Assembly (NCBI GenBank): GCA_050084515.1
Contig: CM114271.1
Coordinates: 47,306,001-47,370,000 of the forward strand
DNA from: Blasia pusilla
Taxonomy: Eukaryota
Length of the DNA stretch: 64,000 nucleotides
Reading direction: 5' to 3'
In this document: positions 38,940-52,059 of the stretch, in pieces
How positions within the stretch are numbered: the first letter of the stretch is position 1
Layout: every line of letters starts with the position of its first letter
Translations under genes and position numbers: made by a program
Notes under the pieces: model-generated
Told to the model about the DNA's origin: nothing
The model's input: the letters and a program-made list of their open reading frames with translations, nothing else
Database searches by the model: none

Positions 38940-40414
38940 GAGATAGCAGCATCACCCTAAAGCAACATCACCCAATACTTTGGTGAGGATCGGACCGATA
39001 GAATCTTCTTCCCTCTTGATAAGTTGAACTGAATGACCATCCAAATCTCACATTTGCCATTTGCTAATCTTCTTAGTTGAGTCATCGCATCTGCTTCAGA
39101 AACTAAGCCTGGTATGCCTTCACACCGGGGCATAGATGTAGCATCGGGGACGAAGTAGAATTTCGGCTAAAGATGTCAAAGACTTGGGATCAAGAGTAGG
39201 TTTTGAAGATTGTACTACTAACCTTCTCCAAAATTATTTGGGATCGTCATGGAGTTTCCTTGTTAAGGACTCTTGCTTCCGCCGCAAGAAAGCTTGTTTC
39301 TTAGATTTCACCAAGTATTTGTAAAGGCTCGTCATGATAAGCCGACTTTGAATATCCAAAAATTTATCCACTGATCTTACCCTTGCTTGGTTGCATTCAG
39401 AGTCAAACCATCCATTACAAAGCGGCCTCCTAGCACTTCTATCCATGTGCCGGGAAAAGAACTTGGATGCAGAGTTCTTGAGCAATTGGTTTAGTGAGGG
39501 TTCCATACAATGTGAGTCAAGAGTTCTTGTAAATCTACCATGTAAAGATTTTTTTTATGAGGATCTAAGCAAAACTTGGGAGAAGCTAAAACAGATTGAC
39601 ATGTTGAGAGAGGAATTGTCTTCGACAATGAGAGAGTAAACAAAAGAGGTGCATGATCAAATTCAAGATGAGGTTCTAAAACTTCAAATGTAGAGATATG
39701 ATAGCTATTAGTGGACGAGGAGAGAAGATAGTCGATGGTGCTTGCACCGGTAGAAGAGAAACATGTATTGGAGTGAGAGTTGGGAAAATGAGAGGTTCCG
39801 TTAAGAACTTTCAAATGAAAGTTCTTAAAGAAAGTGGCTCCAAAAGTTGAAAATGCTCTGTCAAAGGATTTGTAGAAAGATCTGAAGAGATTCTAGACCA
39901 CAAACCATCCTCTGGTTCTTCAAGAAGAAGAGAAGTCAAGGACTTGCTGAATTGGGTAAATTGAGCAGTACGTGTGCGAGCATTGAAATCCCCAACTAGA
40001 AAGACTTCGACTTTGCTTCGATATTTGAGAACATCCCCAATAAGCCGATGAAACGGTTCACTCTGATTGCAAGTGTGCATTGCGTAGATAGGCATGGAAA
40101 GTGGTGTAAGATAACAAAGTTCCAGATAACAATAAGATCCCCCAACCAAACCAAGACGTAGCCAATGATATTGGCCCCCAATATCTTGATCATCTAAATG
40201 TATCAGAGGTAGAAATTGAGACCGTATGAAAGTAGCAATACCGCCATAACCCCTTCCTGCCCGTTGCCTTCTTTTATTTCATGTCAATCCCACCAAAGTA
40301 AACCCTTGTGTATTTGTAATAATATTGCTCTCATGTTCCCAAGTCTCCACAATATTGATGATGTTCGCCATCTCCCAAACTGGTAGAGCACTCACATACT
40401 TTGTTCTTGAAAGG
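38940..40414 (-). mobile_element. LINE ORF2 APE endonuclease and linker fragment
   Basis: IINIVETWEHE, GYGGIA, VFLVGDFNART, STIDYLL, FDHAPL, WFDSEC, IGPILTKVLG. Confidence 0.88.
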
Positions 40415-41720
40415 TGTCACGTCTTTTAGGATAGATCGGAAAGATCTAGTAGACCGCCTTCGGAGATATTAGAGGATAGCGGCATGAGGTCCAAGATGAT
40501 GTGCTGAGGCCACGGATAACTTGAGAGAGTAGGTTTCCCCTTCGTTTTGGCTCATTTGGATCCATATAGAGAAACTTACTATTTTGAGTAAGTTTCCATT
40601 TGGAGTATAGTTTACTTTCCACTTTGGGAAGTGGCCCTTGACCCGCTACAATAGGTCAAGAACCAAGGAGGTAACCTACAAGCATAGGTTACCGAGGAGA
40701 GAGCTTGGGAGAGGGAAGGGGTATACCTCCAAGAGAGAGAGCTTGAGAGTTCATTCTCTCTTTGTTGAACCTCTTGGCATAAGGCGGCGGAGCTTTGACC
40801 TTGCTTGCTTTGTGTGTGTAATCCAAGCCTCTCACTAGGAGAGTGGATTTGGTTTGACATGAGAGAGAGAGAGAGTGCACACCATGGAGGGCTTGGTGTG
40901 AGATATGATGTGAGATCTACTTGATTTACAAAGAGAGAATGAGAGAGTGAGAGATTTTGAATGGAGGAGTTCATTAGTCACTCGCTGTTGTTGCAGGTTG
41001 GGGACCGTATTCCCCGTTCAACGGCTCATGGGAGTGCTCACCGGAGCAAGGGAGGCTTTGGTTGTGCTTTGCGGTTGCCAATTTTTTGTGTGGAAGAGTG
41101 GCACGCGGAAGCGCTGCCCAATTTTTTATAAGGATTGAGTATGGGGGCGGGTTGCTCCATGCCGGTGCTCTCGAGAGTACCACGTAGCTCTCTGATTTGT
41201 ATTTTCACAAGTTTCAGATTTTTGTTAGAGAAATCAACGCGGAAGCGTTGCCAAATTTTACATATGAGAAAGAGACGTTAGGCTGCACGATAATCCCTGT
41301 TTGTTTTTATTGGAAGATCAAATGAAGAAACCAATTGAGGAGATCATAGATTGAGAAGCTGTGCACATTTTGGAAGAAAGGGTGTGCAATTTTATTGGCA
41401 GACTAAGAAGTTACGACAGTTCTCCTATGGCTGCGATAGCCACCATTCCAAGGTGTGAGTGAAATTTCCAAAATCCTTGGGTAGAAATCTTTCTGAGAAG
41501 TAGAAAAAAAATCCCTTTTACTTAAGTGGATAGGACAAGGGCACATATCCTTTGAGGTAGAAGTTGGGTGAAAATTGTATTTTAGGGGAGTTGACCCCAT
41601 TTTTGAGTGAAGAGAGTAAGTGGAAGCTGAAGTGGGAAAAATTAGGGGGTAGATCCAATTTTCTCGCGGGTTCTTCTAGTTAAAAGAAAAAAATAAGGTG
41701 GGGGACAAAGTCTATCCTAC
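40415..41720. repeat. LTR-like repeat family A, copy 1 (left boundary of the 11.3-kb insertion)
   Basis: Starts TGTCAC...TTTTAGGATAGATCGG; colinear with 49204-50480 over about 1.3 kb. Confidence 0.85.
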
Positions 41721-41913
41721 CACGTCCTAGCTGACTATCCTATTGACGTGCAAACTGACTACGCACTTGCTATCCCGGTCCACTTGTGGTCCAACGAAAA
41801 TTCCGCCCCTCTATCTGGTTGTCAGACCTCCTAGTGCCGACATAATACTCCCGCTTTGCCGCACAAATCGAGCAGTCGCGGCTAGCTAGCCATTTTCTAT
41901 GTTGCTCTATCAC

Positions 41914-44900
41914 GTTCTCAAATGCCATGGGCATCACTCTCCGAAAAAGCTCAGCCCTCTGAGAACATGCTCACATCCATACATTAGGGTCATCAAGGTT
42001 CAACACCTTACCAACATCTCGGCCAATGGCCGCAGGTGAATCTGGCTCTCGACCATAAAGTAGCAAGAACGATGAGAAAGACAGTAAGGATGCCTACCTA
42101 CTGAATTTGTATCCCATCACCAACCAGGGCAACTGGAGGTCTCAATCTCCTAGGTGACCTCTCTGCAAGCAATACTTGTGCAATCCTCTCTTCACTGTCT
42201 GCACAACCCTCTCCGCTAGTCCATCCACCTCAGGATGATCTCGCGAAGTGGAGCGGTGGTTGATCAGCGCCTGATCACACAAGGCCTGAAACTCCCCGCG
42301 AAACTCCATACCCTGTTCTGTCAACACCTCAACTGGTGCGCCGTAATGACTCAGCAATCGATCTAGCAAGACATACGCTCCTCCCTCACTCACTTTGTCA
42401 AGCAATGCAACCAACTCTATCCACTTTGAGAAGTGCTCGACCATCACCAACACATAACGACTACGACGCTCTGTCAAAGGCAAAGGTCCTGCAAAATCCA
42501 AACTCCATCTATAACCTAAACCCATGATGGGAAGTGGATGCAACTGTGGAGTTGGAGCATTGAAGGATGCTCAGACTCGATCACACACCATGCACTTGGC
42601 AACAAACTACTGAACGTCAGTCTGCATGCCTAGACACCAATACTGTATCCGTAGCAAGCTGTACGTCCGCTTCACTCCAAAATGAGCCAACTCCTCGTGG
42701 GCATGACGCTCCAAACGAGCTCTCTGCAAAGGATGAGGCACTACACGTACTCTACCATCCTCCCAAACGCGCAACACACGTGTCTCCTCCCATCAGAACT
42801 GGCTGGCTTGTAGGATCCGATCCCGCTTTCTAGCATCCACTGTGCTCGCGACACTGCCGGTATGTAGGTACCCCACGACTACTCTATCATCGTGAATATC
42901 TTGGCCACTTGCTGTCTCCTCACCGACCTTTGTATCTAAGGACTCTCCATCAGACCTCGCCATTGAAGTCTCAGCAATCTGGCTCTCCACAGCCAACAAG
43001 CCCAAATAGGCTGACGCGTGCCATCCTGGCACCAACTCCTCATCACTCTCTCCATGCCAACGAGCTCTAGTTGCATCTTGGTGACTCGGGCATGGGTCAC
43101 GGCTCAAACCATCTGCATCCTGGTTTAGCGTCCCATGTCTATTCACCACCTGGAAGTCATACTCCTGCAACAAAAGAGCCCACCTCGCAAGCTTCCCTGT
43201 AAGCTTTTCGGACTCCATCAACCACTTAAGTGACTAATGATTAGTAATGATGGTAAAGGGGTTGCTGAATAGATAACACTTGAAATGTACGACAACCCAC
43301 ATTGCAGCCAAGCACTCATCCTCATACGAGCTATACTTTTGGACTTTGTCTGCCAATTGATAGGTCGGTAATCTCCACACATCCGCCTATCTGTCTAGTT
43401 GCCATGCACATCCTTCTTGGCGGGCATGACAATGGAAGATGCATACTCTCCATGCGACATCTCCACTAGTCCTGCTCCAACCAAGTTTTGGCTCCTATTC
43501 TGAATGAGAGCCCTCTCCATGTCACTATACCTATAGGATCATGGAAAGATCGGCGTGTCACTCAACAACTCAATGCGGATCCCTAGACCCTTCAACGTAT
43601 CCAAATCATGCATACTAAATGCAAAATAACTCCTTTAACTCCTTAGGAATTGGTGTATCTAGCGCCACTCTCCTCCTACCAACTTAGGGCCCATATCTGG
43701 CTCCCAAGTCTCCATCGTGATTACAATAGGACTCTCCAATGCGGGTATCGGTGGTTATTCTAGTGCAACCCCATCTCGAATAGTAGAACTGGGCTGCTCC
43801 CCTGCAGCCAACTTCAAACTCTAATCTCCTCCGTGTACAGTACGCGGAACCACGGTCGATGTTGTGGCTATCATCTCCCGACGTACCTACAAAAAATTCC
43901 AAGAGGTCCAAGGATGTCTCTCCCGATCTCCCTGGTGTGTCCATCTTCTCGGTTCTTTCCCCTAACCACTACCTCAACTGTCTCGGTAGGCATGGGGCTG
44001 ACCAACGCAACAGCTGTGATCTGTCGCATCCTCAAACGACGTTGCTCAGCCACTCCCAAGCTGAAAATCCATGTCAAGTAGTTCATGTCCATCGCCTGAC
44101 CCAAGACATGACGTCGTGATGCCTCCGAGAGTGAGGGTACTATCGTCACTCCTATGGGGAATCCCATTGCTCGCTCTCACTCATCGGCGTTGGGCTCCAC
44201 CAACCGTTGTACCTGGTCATCCCAAACCAAGCCAAGCCTGAGCTCCTTGAATGCATAGGAAGCAGGAAAACTCACAAATGTGGGAAAGATTGCTCGTGCC
44301 ATACCAATCATGTTGACCACACTCAATGGCGGTCAATCATCGTGCCTCATTGCCTATGATCGACGACTTGGATCCACAATCTAGGGAAAACCCCATCGGG
44401 TGCTATAACGCTCCACCAATCAAGACCTCATAGGACTCTACATCTGTCACTATCGCCTTGGCTCGCACCACGGACTCATCTGTAGGATGTCTCGGGAAAA
44501 TCCTCACCACGACCTCTTGTCGCGTGATATACTGTGTGGTACTCATTCCACCCAAGGATGTTTGTATCTGGAATGAACAACGCTCCACATCGGCTCTCGT
44601 CAAGCCCAATCCTCAACATCAGGGGTTGCACTCCTGAATCCAACAAGACGCGATGCGGTCTAAAAACTCTACCTCTTGGACTCACCAACTAGAAGACCTC
44701 TCCTCGATTATCCAGCAATACAACACCATGAGCAACCATGGCACGCTCTATCGCGGATCTAGCGGGCATCTCCGCCATCCTAGCATCCGTAACGTGCCAT
44801 GAATATGACGTGGATGGCCCGAGCATAGGCTCCAAGGGCAGGTCCATCACCTCCTCTACAATCACCCCTAAGTGTGACACAGGAACACCAACTCCACGCG

Positions 44901-47700
44901 CACATAGCATAGTGGCCAGCCGAAAAACCTCGGCGTTTACTCAATGTCATAACATCAGAAGCAAAATATAAAAGAGCGCGGTACACAAAAGTGGCCGCCC
45001 CCAACAACGTGCTCGACACATGGTCCTATTGCTGAGCATCAGAAATAGTTGTTGTCGCACTCGCTTCTCCCATCGCCCTCTCTGCCTACATACCAACAAC
45101 ATCACCAACTCTCCGGGAACTCTAATCAGGACCCATCGATGGGATCCTCATCGCCTCAAACAATGTGAAAGACATAGGATGTCGCGACCCTCATAACCAA
45201 ACAACACCAAATAGGCGCCAAGCGAAACATCAGAACTCAAAGGAACTCACGCTGCGAGGTTTGCGCTTTGGAGAGGCGTTTGGAAGAGTCTCTTGGAAAA
45301 GTCTAAGAGACAAAACGCGGAACAGAGTTGTGCATTTCATGCATTAGTGGTCGCGACCAGGAAACCAAGACCAAACGCGAGCCAAGATTTGAGATGAGTT
45401 GAGTCTTGGGAGGTTGGTTGCCAAAGAGGTGAGAAACAGTTTGGAACACGACTAGCATTTGGGAGAATCTGACTGTGTTTAGGACCATAACGTTGAGCTC
45501 CAAGATGCGTTTGGGACAAATAAGAGCGCGTTAGAAAGCTGATCTTAAGACGCTTTCAACGCACCAAAGATCTCAGCAAACTCATAAGTATAGGCTGAGA
45601 TATTGGCTGAAAACAATGGAGAGAGCAATCGGGTTGAGGGCCAATTGGAGAGGCCCGGGTATCTTTCCCTAAATGTAGGGGGCCCCCGAGATCCCCAGAA
45701 GTACTAGTAAGGGAGGACCTTCTCTGAGACGTCTCGGGAAACGAATCCCCACTTTGGGCGCCAAACGGCGTTTCAGAGGCACGGGATGGAACGGGAGTTT
45801 GGCGCGGGAAATCAAAACCCAAACCTGATCCAAGGGAGTGGACTTTGTACGCCACACTTGGATTCCAACCCGAGATTCACTTCGTGCGAGTCTTGGTGAG
45901 GAACTCATTGGATGTCCATTGGACAATTGGAACCGCTAAGCGCGAAATGCCGTTTCAGGTTCCTGAACCGACCAAAAAGTCTGTCCCAAGTCTTTCGAGA
46001 TTTGCCCGTGTTGTAAACTGCGAAACTAGGAAGGTTGAGCTTGATAAGAGTCCGAGACGAGAACTCGGAAAGTAATCCCGCTGATTGATCCAAGACCTGA
46101 CTAACCAAAGTGCGTGTTTGGATGCATATCAACGTTGAGAGCATGACCTACTGAACGCACGCTTCCGCAACAAACAAGATTAACGTTCAAGGAGAGTAGG
46201 CGCACGACATAAGAAGTGTGGTTTGTTTTGTGGCTTCCCAGCCCCTTTATGTGTATCCAACTCTATGGTTGCTCCATACGTAACAACTACGGCGGCCTCC
46301 ATTGGGACAACCCCGCACATCCAACCAGGATCCTCCATATCTCTCGGTGCTCCATAAGACGTCGATGCCACGGATCCGGCATCAGGTAACCTCAATATCA
46401 TAGCGGCAATCTCTTGTTGTATATGTTGTATCTAAGCTGCCATCCTAGCCTCACGTCCGTCGTCCCCCTCGATGCATCTAGGTGGTGGAACTCTACCTCC
46501 TCCAGGGGCAACTCCACCACCCTCTCGGTCAACGCCAACTCCTCGTCCCCCCGCGGGACCAGTTAGTGCACGACCTCTAGGCCCACCCGAACCAACTACT
46601 CGCTCAGAAGCCCTCTCTGGCCCTCCGTTCGGACGTAACTCATGGTGCAAACTGAAACACCTAGAGAGTGTGTGACCGTGCCTTTGACAATAGTCACATT
46701 GATAACCTCCTGGGGTAGCACCATCTCCTCTTCCATGCTGAGGCACGTGTCCATGACCCTGACAAGTGCAATCGTGCTGGTGATGGGCTCCACCACATGC
46801 CCAACAAATAATTCTTGGCGGCTGTTGCTGCGCTGCATATGTTGGCGCAGGTCTATGTGGCATAGGCTCTCAATAACCTCCATGTGCTCGTGGTGCCACA
46901 ATCCTCTCTTAGAATCCACGTCGCTGCACTGGTGGTGCAGATACTTGTGGCTGCTCTCACCCAAAACTCATGGTAGCTACGCTCTCCTCTGCCAAGTTGC
47001 GCTCAATGTTCTCGGCGGTCCTAAAAACATCTCTCAACATAGGTGAGGTATTCATAAGAAGCACCCTCTCCCGCACCCGTGGCCGCCTCTAGAAGTGGTG
47101 GATGCTCTGCAACTTCTTTGTCCGTACCCCTTCATAGCTCGTCCGCAACTCAGCAAAGAACACAACCACGGGGATGAACCTAGGAGGAACTCGACTAGAT
47201 CATGCAACTGCTCTAGTGCAAGTTACCCCTCCCAAAACATCACTGGTGGAAGAGGAAGTAGCCTCTCATGACTCCTCCTCCTCATCTGGAAACGGCTGTG
47301 TCCATGACATAGAGTCATAGTAGAGTCGCCATGCTTCAATCTCTTGGGCATATATGTGGGAGAACTCATGTTAATCGTCCATGGGTGTCCCCTCTAAATG
47401 CTGGAACATTCTGTTCCATGTTGTAAACGGGTTGAACTCTCTTGAGTTCCTAGCCCGCTATGAGTCACATACCCTCCTAAACTCTGCAATGAAGTCGTGT
47501 CACTCTATAGTGCCTCTAACACTTGAAAACCTACGCGATCCTCTATCCCGGTCGTCCATCTTGTACGCCCAACTAGTAGGACTAGGGTGTGCGGTGATGC
47601 ACCAACAAACTCCTGTATGCTCTCCCCTCGTCTAAAGATGACGTAGAAGGAGATGGAGGTGGTCTCTCACGTGGAGACCCTTGAAACCTTGCGCCACTCC
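41914..47700 (-). mobile_element. Degenerate non-chromovirus Ty3/gypsy internal region (gag with two Zn knuckles, protease, RT start with core deleted, RNase H, integrase)
   Basis: CWACGGAHHQHDC and CDYCQRHGHTLSRC; VLLDSGVQP; GEYASSIVMPAKKD...GDYRPIN jumping to SYEDECLAAMW; LARWALLLQEYDF; RWSLDFAGPLP...VMVEHFSKWIE...HPEVDGLAERVVQTVK. Confidence 0.9.
45180..46172 (+). repeat. Solo LTR of the 31608 family nested between gag and protease of the minus-strand gypsy
   Basis: TGTCGCGACCC...GCTTCCGCAACA; colinear with 31608-32588. No TSD is recognisable. Confidence 0.75.
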
Positions 47701-49203
47701 GCGTAAAACCTCTAGAGCTACTCTCAAGTCCCGAAAGGACACCATGATGACCCTCGTGCCCCTCTCACGAAATCACTCTCAACCTCGTGAGTAATCACCC
47801 AATCACTCAATCTAAGATGCCCCACTCAATCTACCCTCTCTCACTAAGACGTGTGATGTGCGGCAACAAGCCGCGTGGTATGGAAAATCAACTGATCTAT
47901 CGACTCATCGACAAACCATCCTCAAATCTAGACATCCCACATAGGTCTATGTCCCTTAAACCCTTACATCATCGATGCTCTCAATAGTAGCACGAAACCC
48001 AATATCCTCAAATAACTACCCAATACCCAAAAATCCCTAACACGTGTAGGGCAAAAGACCAGAATGGGTATTCTGACAACAAATATCGATCGCTCCTCAA
48101 CAACTGCAAAACTCAACCCCAACTCGGTCGTGAAGACAAACTCCTCCAAATAGCAAGTCGTTCTTCTTTGGTAGTGACTATGCACCAAAATCTCCTAGAT
48201 GTGCGGTACGGATCCAGCGGTACAGTCCGACACTCGCAACACGGAACGGCAACAACCGGCACGACACTTAGAAATGGAGTGCGGCACTCATTGGCATATG
48301 CTCCTAACCAGCAAAACACAATCTGCTCCCAATGATGGTCAGGCTCCGTGATCAAGACGGTGTGGTGCGACCACAAGCGGCACGAGATGGCAATCGGCGG
48401 CACGTTGCGGCTACGGGCGTCACGACACAGTACTCGATCGTCGACAAGCGGCTACCATCTCAACATATAGCAAAGCGGGATGAACACTCCAACCCTATAA
48501 ATCAATATGTCATATGCCGTCGATCACCAAATACGTGGCGGGGTTGTAAATTCCCCAATCGGCGGCCGTTAATCCTCAACCGTTGACGAAGCAATGGCAT
48601 CGAACGGCAATAACTCAACACATCAATGGCCATTGCTTTGTTTCGTTCATTCAGCAATAGCAAGGCGCAACACTTGACGGAGGCGGGACATGGACAGCAC
48701 TGGAAGGAAATCCGAGGACGAAGATCCACAGACGAGCACAGCCGAACAACGCAGGCGTACAACATGGTTAGCAATGGCGTACGCCGGCAGTTGCGGCAAG
48801 CACGCTGACCAAAAAATGCGGCACAACAAGGCTAACGTGGTTGGGCTACAAGTAGCCAAAGTGCGGCCACATTGATGGTGGAAATGGGAAGTGCGGCCAA
48901 ATAGATGGCGGTAACTGCACAAGGTCTGCGGCAACACTGGCAAGGGAACGCGCAAGGTTGAGCTATGGTAGACGGATAGAGGCGCGGCAGATAGTGTCAT
49001 CCTAACTCGATGGCAATGATGTGCCGGTTGCACGTAGGTCGGTGGCAGCCAAAACCATGGTCTTTCAAGCCCATTAGAAGAAAGGTATCCGTGACATTGC
49101 CTACGGCTAGTGCAATGTCCTGGTTGGCAGCGTGGTAGGAGCGTCACCTGTGGCCCTACGGAGTCAAAGAGCCCGGCATGAAACCCGGCAGCACCAAGGA
49201 TTG

Positions 49204-50480
49204 TGTCATGAATTTTTAGGATAGATCGGAGAGATCTGGTAGAGCGCCTTCGCGAGTAGAGGAGGATAGGCTCAAGAGGTCGAGGATGACCGGCTGAAGT
49301 TGTGGGAACCCTGAGAGAGCAGGTTTCCCCTTCGTTTCGCCTCATTTGGAGCCATATAGAGAAACTATTTTTGGGTAAGTTTCCAGGTTTGGTAGAGTTG
49401 AATTTTGACTTTGGGAGGTGGCCCTTGACCCGCTACAGCAGGTCAAGAGCCAAGGAGGTGACCTGCGAGCATAGGTTACCGTTGAGAGGGCTTGGGAGAG
49501 GGAAGGGGATATACCTCAAGAAGAGAGAGCTTGAGAGTTCATTCTCTCTTTGTTGAACCTCTTGGCATGAGGCAGCGGAGCTATGGTCCCTTGCCTTGTG
49601 AGTGTAACGCAAGCCTCTTATTAGGAGAGTGGGTTTGGTTTGACATTTAGAGAGACATATGAGAGTGCATACATTTGAGAGCTATGGTGTTTAGAGAGAT
49701 TGGATCGTGAATTACAAAGAGAGAATGAGTGAGTGAGAGAGCTTCATGGGGGAGCTCGCTGGTCCCTCGCTGGTTTTTTAGATTGGAGATGGTATTCTCT
49801 GTTCAGCGGTTCATGGGAGTGCTCACCGGAGCAAGAGCCACTTACTTTTAATGTTTCCTTTGCCGATTTTTTGTGTGGAAGTGTGGCGCGCGGAAGCGCT
49901 ATCCACTTTTTGATACGGATTGAGTATGGGGGCGGGTTTCCCCATGCGGGTGCTCTCAAGAGCACCATGTACCTTGTTGATTTGTGTTTTCACAGGTTTT
50001 GCATTTTCTTTGGGAGAAATGAGCGTTGCCAAATTTTGCACATGAGAAAGAGACGTTGGGCTACACGACAGACCCCGTCAATTTTTGGTGGGAAATTGAA
50101 TGGAGAAAAAAATTTAACAAGGTCATAGATCGGTAAGCTGTGCACACTATGGAAGAAACGGTGCGCAATTTCATTGCCTCAACATGAAGTGACAACAATT
50201 TGTGTGGGGCTGCCATAGCCAACATGTGGAGAAGCAATTCAGATTTCCTTTGGTAAATTCTTGCCTTAGGGTAGAAAGATAAAAATGTTTTTATTTCAGC
50301 AGGGCTAGACAAGTGAAGCTACCACTTGGAGGTAGAAGTTGAGTGAAAAAATTTTTAGAGGAGTTGACCCACAATTGGTGCAATTAGTGGGAAATATGAT
50401 GATTGTAGCTCCAAATTTTTAGAGGTTATTTGAGTTAAAAACAAAATTTAGGAGAGGCGGGCAAGCTGCATGTGTCCGGA
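49204..50480. repeat. LTR-like repeat family A, copy 2
   Basis: TGTCATG...TTTTAGGATAGATCGG; same orientation as 40415-41720. Confidence 0.85.
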
Positions 50481-50958
50481 CCACGTCGCAGCTGATGGAA
50501 GTGTGTGTCTCTCTACAGCTGCTGCATCACCGCAATTGCCACTACCTGCTTTGCTGCCATAAATTTCCGCTGCTAAAGAGCTCCGGGATGAGCCTAGCCA
50601 TCATCGCACTTTACGCACCATTGAGCGAGTTCCGGGCTGAGCCTAGCCGTGTTGGAAGCCGCCATGTCCCGTTTGTCATTTCTTACCTGCCTGCATTCCC
50701 CGATCTTTGGTTCCCTTTGCCATTGCGTTTAGCCAGCCGCGAGTGCCGCCTGCTGTTGTGTATAGTCTATCCCTTTGCTGCCAAGTCGCCCAGTCTGCGT
50801 CTCGTCCTCCTTGACGAAGCCACCGTGGCCATGTCCTTTCCGGCTACTGCCCACCGTTCCATCATCGTCGCCAAGATGATGGAGATATTGGAGATATTTT
50901 GGTACTTCTTGTCGCGTTGTTTGGATGCCATGACTTAACCTGGGATCGTGCGTGTTTC

Positions 50959-51717
50959 TTGGCGATTGCGTAGCATCAAGATACGTTGAGGCATGCAACT
51001 ATTCGGGGAAGATGAAACCTCCTATTATCTGGAGGTTTCATTAGGGAGACTATGTCTACTTGTAGCAAACGGCACCCACGATGTTGGATGTGACTGCATG
51101 GCGCACCATTTTGAGAGTGCATGAGGTTTTGCCATCTGGTGTTCTCATATTTGAGGGACGCGATGGTATGGTTTGGAAGGACCAAGTGCGTTACTGTGCA
51201 CCATGTTACCTTTCAAACATTGACGGTACAATTGATACGAGCTTAGCAGTAGTTCCTGCAGGCTTGCAATGTATGTTGTGTGGTTCCGCCCATTGTGCAG
51301 CCACTATGCTAATCTGTGATGGATGTTCGAGAGGGTGGCATATGGCATGTCTAACGCCATCTCGCACTAGGGTTCCTCAAGGACGATGGATGTGTCCTAG
51401 ATGTACAAAGAGTAGGTAGTTCTAGATTCTAACTTGTATTTGTAACATGGAGGACAAGAAGGCGACTAACAATGGGGCCATATGAGCACCCGATCTTTTT
51501 GCTCTTCGCGTCCGAGAGATGTATGTCATGGTAGGTAGGGATAGATGGCTATGAGGAGTAAGAGGGACCTAACCACCAACTAGGGGGCGATTGGAGATAT
51601 TTTGGTACTTCTCGTCTCGATGTTTGGATGCCATGAGTTAGCATGGGATCGTGCGTGTTTGTATGTATGTTCGATGACAGCGATGTATGTTGTGTAGCGA
51701 TGTGTATGCGTACGACA
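50959..51717 (+). mobile_element. Gypsy integrase C-terminus with PHD finger, PPT-like tract and LTR terminus
   Basis: GDYVYL...LDVTAWRTILRVHEVLPSGVLIFEGRDG, then C4HC3 CMLCGSAHCAATMLICDGCSRGWHMACLTP...VPQGRWMCPRC*. AGGGGGCGA at ~51582. Ends ...TATGCGTACGACA at 51717. Confidence 0.85.
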
Positions 51718-52020
51718 AAGGCCGCGTATATTTCACATCAACACTCTCACCTCCTTGGATTGCTAGCTTGATAAGTGTCTCTTTCTCTGGGTAACAATTG
51801 CTCGACCATCGTAAAAAAAAGCAATAAAACCTACTTCTTGAGCCTCTTTGACCTTTGCAAGCTCCTTTCTCCTACCTTCAACTTCTAGAGATGTAAGATC
51901 AGGATCTAACCATATCCTCCGTCCTTAGAGAATGGCCTTGTTAGCCATGACAGTATCACGTTGAGTTTGATCCACAAACTTAACTAGAATAATCATCATG
52001 TAGTGGACTTCACTACATCC
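51718..52020 (-). mobile_element. LINE ORF1 C-terminus and first codons of ORF2 endonuclease
   Basis: Minus strand: KFVDQTQRDTVMANKAIL*GRRIWLDPDLTSLEVEGRRKELAKVKEAQEVGF (L1/Transposase_22-like ORF1 end), then EVRVLM*NIRGL (degenerate WNIRGL). Confidence 0.75.
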
Positions 52021-52059
52021 CAGATATTGTAGTGCCTCCAATCAAGTAGAGCAGAATTT

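Noticed and set aside
40415..50480. Family-A repeats as the paired LTRs of the minus-strand gypsy between them
   Set aside because: No PBS or PPT at the expected inner edges for a minus-strand element. The target duplication instead pairs 40415 with 51717.
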